The notes under the pieces: model-generated
Told to the model about the DNA's origin: nothing
Databases searched by the model: none
Seen by the model: the letters and a program-made list of their open reading frames with translations, nothing else
In this document: positions 26,714 through 32,762 of the stretch, one piece after another
Numbering within the stretch: the first letter of the stretch is position 1
Layout: the number at the start of each line of letters is the position of its first letter
Made by a program: the position numbers and the translations under genes
DNA from: a virus
Length of the DNA stretch: 47,508 bases
IMG/VR virus record: IMGVR_UViG_3300028048_000198
Coordinates: 1 to 47,508 of that record
Reading direction: 5' to 3' (one strand)

Positions 26714-26743
26714 AAAAAAGTAGATTAAGTGCACTTAATCTAC
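26714..26743 (-). terminator. Rho-independent terminator (first of two after the accessory cassette)
   Basis: Perfect 24-nt palindrome gtagattaagtg|cacttaatctac followed by tttttt on the minus strand. Confidence 0.75.
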
Positions 26744-26901
26744 CGAATAAAAAGGAGCAGTTAGAATAACCAAAAAATAGTATCACACATAGTTATAAGG
26801 GGGAGTGGTGAACACCTAATGAAAAAACATAGTTACCCTAACATAATAATTATAACTCTAAAAATAAATTTTGTAAATACCTAAAATAAAAAAGACTATT
26901 T

Positions 26902-27264
26902 CTAGCCTTTATCTATTAGCCATGCACATCTCATAATTCTTTCTGACGGATCAAAAGTATCATAAATAACTCCATTTATTATTGCTGTTATATGATTATT
27001 CATTGTAACAGCATATTTACCAAACGGATGTTCTTCTGCGAATTCTCCAACACTTTTTGAATAATGACATTCTCTAGGGTATCTATCATCTAGATAGTCC
27101 TCTACGAATTCTACATTATCTGTCATATATCCATCTTTAGAGGAGAAATGTGCAAGTTCTCTATAAACACTTTCCCAACTTCTATCAGTAAGCAAAGACA
27201 AGCTGCGAATTACGCAATCTTCAATATCCCTATTCTTAGGATTTCTATTATAATATCTATACAT
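26902..27264 (-). CDS. Small papain/C39-like cysteine peptidase-fold protein (120 aa)
   Basis: Candidate nucleophile in IEDCVIRSLS. HITAIINGVIYDTFDPSE resembles the C39 H-x(10,11)-D-x-x-DP arrangement. Confidence 0.5.
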   Translation of the reverse strand: MYRYYNRNPKNRDIEDCVIRSLSLLTDRSWESVYRELAHFSSKDGYMTDNVEFVEDYLDDRYPRECHYSKSVGEFAEEHPFGKYAVTMNNHITAIINGVIYDTFDPSERIMRCAWLIDKG

Positions 27265-27728
27265 TAATTCATTAATTCTTTAGCTTTATTAAAATATTTC
27301 TTTACAATTTCTTGTTCTTCTGGAGAAGTTGCTGTTTCTTTAATGTATTTCATTAACTTGTAGTTATAGTGTAGCATACTTTCCAAATCTTTTAAGCCAT
27401 CTTCCTTAGCTCCGTAGTTTCCACGAGCATTAAACTCGTTTCTATCTTCTTCGTAAGCTTCATAGCTTCCTCTCATACCATCCATGTAACCTGATGCTCT
27501 ATATTTAGCATCTACACCTCTACGACCATATTCACCATAGTTACCATAAGCATTGTATGCTCCATATCCTCTACCATATTCATTTCCATATCCATTCATA
27601 TTTTCTACCTCCTTTAAGTCTTTATAAATATCTACAACTTTAAACAATTCATCCTTATCCACAGTATGGAATTCTTGTTTACCTTTCTTTTCAATGTAAT
27701 CTTCAACCTTCTTTATTATCTCTTCCAC
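27264..27728 (-). CDS. Hypothetical protein with a central Tyr/Gly/Arg-rich low-complexity segment (154 aa)
   Basis: NGYGNEYGRGYGAYNAYGNYGEYGRRG...SGYMDGMRGSYEAY flanked by helical ends; the stop overlaps the next start. Confidence 0.6.
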   Translation of the reverse strand: MEEIIKKVEDYIEKKGKQEFHTVDKDELFKVVDIYKDLKEVENMNGYGNEYGRGYGAYNAYGNYGEYGRRGVDAKYRASGYMDGMRGSYEAYEEDRNEFNARGNYGAKEDGLKDLESMLHYNYKLMKYIKETATSPEEQEIVKKYFNKAKELMN

Positions 27729-27732
27729 AGGA

Positions 27733-27918
27733 TCACTTCCCTTCTTTTAGAAGTCTGATTATTTCTTTATTCTGGTCTATAATAGTTTCCAAATAATCTT
27801 TATTCTGATGCTGAAACTCTCTCATTAAGTCTTTATTGTTATAATCTTTCAACAATATCTCTAAATCTATTACTTGTAAAAGTAAAGATAAATTATCTAT
27901 TGTATTAATACATCTCAT
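27733..27918 (-). CDS. Hypothetical helical protein (61 aa)
   Basis: ORF packed between neighbours (1-4 nt gaps). Confidence 0.5.
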   Translation of the reverse strand: MRCINTIDNLSLLLQVIDLEILLKDYNNKDLMREFQHQNKDYLETIIDQNKEIIRLLKEGK

Positions 27919-27919
27919 A

Positions 27920-28378
27920 TTATAACTTCTTTATTGTAAAGTTAGCACTTTGAATTATTGGTGTTTCTGTTTCTATTGCAACACCTGTTGATAAGTTTGG
28001 AACACTTGGTACTGATGCTACAGTTATATTAGCATCTGCTCTGCAACAAACTTCTATAGTTTTTGAAAATGAAACATTTTCTGGAACTCCAACAGTTGTT
28101 ATTTCAGTTGTAACAGTTGTACCTGGTACTAAAACACCATCTTGATATAGTCCTAAAGCTACACTTCCTGCTGTTGCACTTGAAACATTAGCATTAAAAT
28201 TTACTTCATAGTAACCACCTTTTACTATTTGGTATAATGGATTACCTTGATTATGGCACAACCATCCATTACAGTTGTTTTGACAAGCACTACGAGTTCT
28301 TATTGTATCATTTGTAAAAGTTATAGCACTTGAGTTATTAGTTAGAGCTAAAGGTAATTCTTGTACACTCTCTATCAT
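27920..28378 (-). CDS. BclA-C-terminal / C1q-TNF-like jelly-roll protein (152 aa)
   Basis: GGYYEVNFNANVSSATAGSVALGLYQDGVLVPGTTV resembles BclA-CTD GFYKITVIANTATASVLGGLTIQVNGVPVPGTG. Strong SD gaaaggagag. No collagen-like stalk. Confidence 0.5.
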   Translation of the reverse strand: MIESVQELPLALTNNSSAITFTNDTIRTRSACQNNCNGWLCHNQGNPLYQIVKGGYYEVNFNANVSSATAGSVALGLYQDGVLVPGTTVTTEITTVGVPENVSFSKTIEVCCRADANITVASVPSVPNLSTGVAIETETPIIQSANFTIKKL

Positions 28379-28477
28379 ATTATCTCTCCTTTCAATTACA
28401 TAATTTCAACAATTTAATGTTAAATTTTGCAGTTTTTATGCAAAAAATTAGATTTAATTGTGAATTTTGAATAATTA

Positions 28478-28507
28478 AATAAAAGAGGATAGAACTATGC
28501 TATCCTC
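28478..28507 (-). terminator. Rho-independent terminator after the 291-aa gene
   Basis: Minus strand gaggatag-catagtt-ctatcctc followed by ttttattt. Confidence 0.7.
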
Positions 28508-28508
28508 C

Positions 28509-28535
28509 GTTAAGTACTGTTAAGTACCGTTAAAC
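28509..28535. repeat. 2.5 tandem copies of a 10-nt unit GTTAAGTACN
   Basis: gttaagtact gttaagtacc gttaaac, lying between the 291-aa stop and its terminator. Confidence 0.8.
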
Positions 28536-28577
28536 TAGCAAGTTCCTGTTATCAGGCTAGTAGTAATCTACCATTGC

Positions 28578-29453
28578 TTAAATAAATTGACTTGATCCGT
28601 TGCATCCACATCCATTGTTGTTACAAGTGAATATTGGAGTACGTCCATATACTGGAGTTGATGGAACAGGGCAACTAGAAAGTCTATTGTATAATTGATC
28701 TACCTCATTAGCGAACCCTTGTGCAATGAATGCATTTTGAGCTGTTTGAGATTTGTCTAGACTTAACATTAAGTTTTGTCTTTCAAGATCACTTATCTTA
28801 TCGTTCTTAGCATCTATCTCTAATTGACATAATTTATCAAGGATAGCCTGAGTATTAGCTGTAGCATTAGTAATAATATCTCTAGTATTATTAGCATCAG
28901 CAAATCTAGTTTGGTTACCTTCATTTTGAACTATGTTTTGAGTTTGACAAGTTGCTAGACGATTTTCACAGCAGCAATTATCTAATGATTTTTGTAAACC
29001 ATTAAATCCTTGAAGTGTTGCGATTTGGTTACTGAAGTTTTGGTTCATGTTAGCCATTTGTCTATTAGCAGCAGCTATCTCAGAATTGTAGAAACCGTTT
29101 GAAACAGTTTGTTGCATATCTGCACAGCAGTTACAAAGTTGATTACTTAAACTTGCTACACCATCTCGTACACCTTCGATTTGATTTGACAAATGTAAAG
29201 TATCAAAACCATTGTTAGTATTAGTATTAATACCTTGTTGACCGTTTAATAGCCATGGGAACTCATACATCATACCAGCTCCTGCTCCACCACCGAAGCC
29301 ACCAAATCCACCCCAGCCACCGTTACCTAACATACCTAAAGCGATAATACCTAAGATCCACTCTCCCATATTACCACCCCAGCCATTGTTACCGTTGTTA
29401 GCACCGATGTCTACTGTTGGAATTATTCCGTTTCCGTTCATATATCTCACCAC
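28578..29453 (-). CDS. Membrane-anchored Gly-zipper / Cys-cluster / Gln-Asn-rich coiled-coil protein (291 aa)
   Basis: N-terminus GEWILGIIALGMLGNGGWGGFGGFGGGAGAG. Cys clusters are LCNCCAD, DNCCCENRLATC and TCNNNGCGCNG. Long Q/N-rich helical segments. Confidence 0.65.
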   Translation of the reverse strand: MVRYMNGNGIIPTVDIGANNGNNGWGGNMGEWILGIIALGMLGNGGWGGFGGFGGGAGAGMMYEFPWLLNGQQGINTNTNNGFDTLHLSNQIEGVRDGVASLSNQLCNCCADMQQTVSNGFYNSEIAAANRQMANMNQNFSNQIATLQGFNGLQKSLDNCCCENRLATCQTQNIVQNEGNQTRFADANNTRDIITNATANTQAILDKLCQLEIDAKNDKISDLERQNLMLSLDKSQTAQNAFIAQGFANEVDQLYNRLSSCPVPSTPVYGRTPIFTCNNNGCGCNGSSQFI

Positions 29454-29492
29454 CTTCCTAAAATCTATATATCAAACACTATGTGTTGATAC

Positions 29493-29717
29493 CTAACTTG
29501 AAAGTAGGTTTTCTATTTGGTTTATCTGCTCATCAGAGTAACCAAACCTTCTTGCAAAAGTATAAAGCTTTTGTCTTTGCTCAGGACTTTGTTTACCTAA
29601 AGTGTTCCTAAGCATTGCTTCTGGAGTACTATTCTTCTTCATTTGCTCCAGTTGGTTGTATTGGTTGGGATACTGAGCCCTTAGTTGCTGTATTATCCCT
29701 TGACTTATTTGGTTCAT
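29493..29717 (-). CDS. Hypothetical protein (74 aa), overlaps the upstream gene by 89 nt
   Basis: ATG at 29717 is preceded by the strong SD gaaggag 7 nt upstream, and that SD lies inside the upstream ORF. Confidence 0.5.
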   Translation of the reverse strand: MNQISQGIIQQLRAQYPNQYNQLEQMKKNSTPEAMLRNTLGKQSPEQRQKLYTFARRFGYSDEQINQIENLLSS

Positions 29718-30093
29718 TTCTTATCTCCTTCTTAAGATCTTCTAGTTCTTTCTTTAATGCGTCAATCTGCAAGTCCTTCTCATCCTTAGGTATAAACTCT
29801 TCTAGAAGATAAGTCTTAACACTACCTGTCGGAGTTTTATACCACATATTAGTAAATGCTTTATTCACGAACAAAGTATCTACAAATATCATCTCCCGTT
29901 TTACATCGTCTATGCTCTCAGCATATCTAATACCTTGTCCACCTGGACCTGTTTGAATAGTCTGGTTAAGTATCGTAGGCTGAGAATATTGTGTTTGCAT
30001 CTTTTGTCTTTCTAACTCTGCAATCTTATTCCTCTCCTCTTGAATTTGTCTATCATAATTCATTATCTGAGGATTATAATTCATTCCGTACAT
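29629..30093 (-). CDS. Hypothetical protein (154 aa) with N-terminal coiled coil
   Basis: ATG at 30093 with SD aaaggaaggga (the track start at 30096 is TTG); low-complexity tail. Confidence 0.6.
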   Translation of the reverse strand: MYGMNYNPQIMNYDRQIQEERNKIAELERQKMQTQYSQPTILNQTIQTGPGGQGIRYAESIDDVKREMIFVDTLFVNKAFTNMWYKTPTGSVKTYLLEEFIPKDEKDLQIDALKKELEDLKKEIRNEPNKSRDNTATKGSVSQPIQPTGANEEE

Positions 30094-30130
30094 CAAATTC
30101 CCTTCCTTTCTGTAGTTATTATCTCATAAT

Positions 30131-30161
30131 AAAAAAGAGGTAAAGTCCTAACTTTACACTC
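30131..30161 (-). terminator. Terminator/attenuator directly after the HTH regulator gene
   Basis: Minus strand gag(t)gtaaag-ttaggac-ctttacctc followed by ttttttatt; overlaps the stop codon. Confidence 0.6.
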
Positions 30162-30465
30162 TTTTTGTACACATTTTATCCACCATTTGCTTCTTCTCCA
30201 TGAGGGTAGTAACTCTCTTTGGGTAGAAAGTAGGGTTACTATATTGTAAATAGTCATACTTCTTTCTAATGCTAGAAATAGTATTGTTAATAGTAGTTCT
30301 AGAAACATGGAACTCTAAAGCCATTTTAGTAATAGTCCATTTATCTCTTTCCCATACTCTAGCATGTAATACCTTAAGTTCAATGTCTGACAAGATTGCA
30401 TCACCTACGAACTTATTATATAGCTCCTTAGTCCAAGGTATTTGATTTTTAATTGATTTTCCCAT
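30154..30465 (-). CDS. Small sigma-70-region-4 / LuxR-type HTH regulator (103 aa), candidate late-gene regulator
   Basis: LSDIELKVLHARVWERDKWTITKMALEFHVSRTTINNTISSIRKKY fits the L(T/S)..E..vl......G.s..eiA..l.vS..TV......i..K pattern. Confidence 0.65.
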   Translation of the reverse strand: MGKSIKNQIPWTKELYNKFVGDAILSDIELKVLHARVWERDKWTITKMALEFHVSRTTINNTISSIRKKYDYLQYSNPTFYPKRVTTLMEKKQMVDKMCTKRV

Positions 30466-30485
30466 TTCCTCAACTCCCTTTTGAT

Positions 30486-30514
30486 ATTATAGAGGGAGGT
30501 GGATTTTATTTCAA
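30486..30514 (-). promoter_or_regulatory. Consensus sigma-A promoter for the HTH regulator (leftward early promoter)
   Basis: Minus strand TTGAAA-17-TATAAT, 20 nt upstream of the ATG; SD gggag. Confidence 0.7.
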
Positions 30515-30563
30515 GATTTTTTGGTAGATATTAAAAATTTTTAGTAGAGAGATTTTTTGTAGG
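30515..30563. repeat. Three copies of ATTTTTnGTAG(A/G) upstream of the leftward promoter
   Basis: gattttttggtaga, aaatttttagtaga and gattttttgtagg; the GTAG cores are at 30524, 30544 and 30559. Confidence 0.7.
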
Positions 30564-30570
30564 TTTATGA

Positions 30571-30630
30571 ACACCACAACACACACGAAGTCTTTGTGTA
30601 CAAAACACACCATTCAAACCCCACCCCCCA
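30571..30630. other. C/A-rich compositional island in an otherwise AT-rich spacer
   Basis: acaccacaacacacacgaag...caaaacacaccattcaaaccccacccccca. Confidence 0.8.
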
Positions 30631-30712
30631 TGTTTTTATATTAATAACTTTTTTAACTTTTTTATAATTAATTAATACGAACAGTTGTTTGTTTATTCAA
30701 AGTTTATAAAAA

Positions 30713-30748
30713 TGTTATTAATATTATTAATGTTATTAATGTTATAGG
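30713..30748. repeat. Four tandem 9-mers TGTTATTAA (iteron-like)
   Basis: tgttattaa tattattaa tgttattaa tgttatagg. The related GTTAT(T/C)(A/G)A motif recurs in both orientations between 30640 and 31290. Confidence 0.8.
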
Positions 30749-31010
30749 TCAATTATAAAAAAGTTATTAATAAAACATTGATTTTTCCCCATATCTTTGA
30801 TAACTTTCACAAAATAGGTTTTTTATAGTCAATATATAAGTATATTAATACTACTATCTAAACTATTTATATATAATATATAAAAAACACTTTCACGCGT
30901 AAATAAGTCTATTTCGGGAGATTTTAAGGTTTTATTGATAACTTTTTTATTTTTAGATAAAAGGTTAATTATAGTAAATAATAAAAATTATAAAAATTTT
31001 AAAAAAGTTA

Positions 31011-31039
31011 TTGACATTATTTTTCGTTTATGATAAGAT
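31011..31039 (+). promoter_or_regulatory. Early promoter P1 (sigma-A, extended -10)
   Basis: TTGACA-17-TGaTAAGAT preceded by the A-tract attttaaaaaagttat. Confidence 0.7.
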
Positions 31040-31126
31040 TATATTGTCAACAGGACAGAGCACCTAGAAACAAACAACCTAGAAAAAACAAAAATATTAA
31101 AAATTATATAAATTTTAAAAAAGTTA

Positions 31127-31155
31127 TTGACTTTATAAAAATTATATGTTATCAT
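31127..31155 (+). promoter_or_regulatory. Early promoter P2 (sigma-A, extended -10)
   Basis: TTGACT-17-TGtTATCAT with the same upstream block aattttaaaaaagttat. Confidence 0.7.
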
Positions 31156-31283
31156 TAATATGTCAACGAGTTGGTGGCGTGTGTATACGGACTAGTTTAA
31201 TCCTACCAAGGAACTAAGGAAAGCACGAAATTTAAAATTGACAAAATAAAATAATATAAATTTTAAAAAAGTTAAAAAAGTTA

Positions 31284-31312
31284 TTGACATTATAAAATTT
31301 ATATGATACAAT
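31284..31312 (+). promoter_or_regulatory. Early promoter P3 (sigma-A, extended -10)
   Basis: TTGACA-17-TGaTACAAT with the same upstream block aattttaaaaaagtta(aaaaagtta)t. Confidence 0.75.
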
Positions 31313-31319
31313 GTATACA

Positions 31320-31724
31320 ACAACAAACGAAGAGCCAAAAAAAATTAATCGGTTAAACTACACCATAAAAGACAGTAGACAGAGTGACTTCTGTCTAGAT
31401 ATAAAGATTGATATTTGACAAGTACTATAATGTGAAAATAAGCAAACGACATTTAGTCAAGTCGCCGATGCTTGTGAGTAATATATGTAGAGTATAGAAA
31501 CGGGACTTAATAGGAATAACTTTGTATTAGGGCTATGACAGTGATAGAACGCCCTAGGATAAAACCTTTTAAGTATTGCCGTAAACTTTGTAAGCAAGCA
31601 CGGTTTATCAGTGGAAACTGATAAATCTAGGAGCATGAAACGGATCTAATTGGGTGAAGTGTTTCTAGATTTGTTAGTTTCCAAGACTAACAAGTCCATA
31701 GAATAGGTATAGGAGGGATAAAAT
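31320..31724 (+). promoter_or_regulatory. About 400-nt structured, ORF-free 5' leader of the early operon (candidate cis-regulatory or processed RNA)
   Basis: GC is visibly higher than in the flanks. Serial hairpins at 31376-31397, 31528-31556, 31578-31604, 31605-31624, 31623-31672 (12 bp) and 31674-31692, then SD aggaggg. Confidence 0.45.
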
Positions 31725-32144
31725 ATGGATAAAAAATTGGAAAATATTAACAAATTATTATATGAAACAAAATTTAATTACAGTAGAAGTGAAAGCGATA
31801 TTGACTTATTCACACCTCAACACGTGAAATACAACTGTGAGTTGTCAAATAAAAATGGGGAATATTTATTTACTTATCAATGCAATCCAAAGTTTGTAAA
31901 AATAACAAAAGAAAGTGTGTTGGCTTGTGTATTAAGTGATGCTAGATGCTACCAAGATTGTGTAATAGGTAGCGAGGATGACACTATACAAGAATTCGCT
32001 AATATGTTTGGTTATGATAATATAAAAGAGTGTCTTAAAGCCTATAAAGGTTGTAAAAAAGCAAGTGAAAAACTTAATAAAATGTACACACAAGATGAAC
32101 AAGAAGCATTATATGACTATTTTGTAGAAAAAGGAGAAATTTAA
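31725..32144 (+). CDS. First early protein (139 aa, 7 Cys)
   Basis: SD aggaggg 8 nt upstream; no motif recognised. Confidence 0.7.
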   Translation: MDKKLENINKLLYETKFNYSRSESDIDLFTPQHVKYNCELSNKNGEYLFTYQCNPKFVKITKESVLACVLSDARCYQDCVIGSEDDTIQEFANMFGYDNIKECLKAYKGCKKASEKLNKMYTQDEQEALYDYFVEKGEI

Positions 32145-32146
32145 TT

Positions 32147-32341
32147 ATGAAGAATAAAATGGAAAACTATAAGGAAATAATAAAAGACTTAGAAAAAAGG
32201 GGTATTACTTTATTGGATTTAGATATATGTAATGAAATAGAGTGCCAACAAGATAAAGAACTTACAGAACAACAACTAGAATTAATTTATAATACAACAG
32301 AAAGAGCATATTTGAAGAGTTCAGAAATTACAATAGAATAA
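32147..32341 (+). CDS. Hypothetical acidic early protein (64 aa)
   Basis: SD aaaggaga. Confidence 0.6.
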   Translation: MKNKMENYKEIIKDLEKRGITLLDLDICNEIECQQDKELTEQQLELIYNTTERAYLKSSEITIE

Positions 32342-32437
32342 CTAGTTAGATATTGTATTAAAAATGTAGATAAAATTTATGACATGGACGTTTATGACAT
32401 AATAGACGAGTGTAGTTTTTATTAGGAGGAGTAAATT

Positions 32438-32749
32438 ATGAAAGTAGAACAATTTTTAAATAGAAATCAATTCCATTTATATGGAGAATTTAATGGAGAA
32501 GTACATCATGTTTTGCAAAGTTATGATAGTAAAGTGGTAGAAATAATTAACAAAGACGGTTATCAATTAGTAACATTAGGTAGAGATTGGGATTATTCGA
32601 CAACAACAGCAAAACACGTTTATGCTTTCTTAAAAGAATACTTAGACTATGGTTTTCAGTTTAGACCAGATAAGGTTAAAAATAAAAGAAAATACGTTCA
32701 AAGTTTAATAGACGACCATACTTTTGGTTATGATAAAGATATGTATTAG
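32438..32749 (+). CDS. Hypothetical early protein (103 aa; SYDS.V...DYSTTTAKHV motif)
   Basis: SD taggaggag. Confidence 0.65.
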   Translation: MKVEQFLNRNQFHLYGEFNGEVHHVLQSYDSKVVEIINKDGYQLVTLGRDWDYSTTTAKHVYAFLKEYLDYGFQFRPDKVKNKRKYVQSLIDDHTFGYDKDMY

Positions 32750-32762
32750 GAGGAGTTAGATT

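Noticed and set aside
30568-30645. 25-codon ORF (MNTTTHTKSLCTKHTIQTPPPMFLY) in the C/A-rich island
   Set aside because: There is no SD. The sequence is better explained as a compositional or structural DNA element.
30987-31320. Regularly repeated roughly 40-60-bp units, which might be a CRISPR-like array or Racr-type solitary repeats
   Set aside because: Each unit is a canonical -35/17/-10 promoter. The spacing is irregular (116 and 157 bp). The units are not palindromic repeat-type sequences, and there are no cas genes.
31408-31431. TTGACA and TATAAT hexamers in the leader as a fourth early promoter
   Set aside because: The spacer is only 5 nt (12 nt from the alternative TTGATA), which is incompatible with sigma-A recognition. 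A -10-only start cannot be excluded.
26620-31724. tRNA, tmRNA or known riboswitch in the GC-richer non-coding patches (26620-26900, 31160-31240, 31440-31720)
   Set aside because: I could not fold a cloverleaf by eye (no acceptor stem or GTTCRA T-loop combination), and I recognised no riboswitch core. This needs tRNAscan-SE and Infernal to be definitive.
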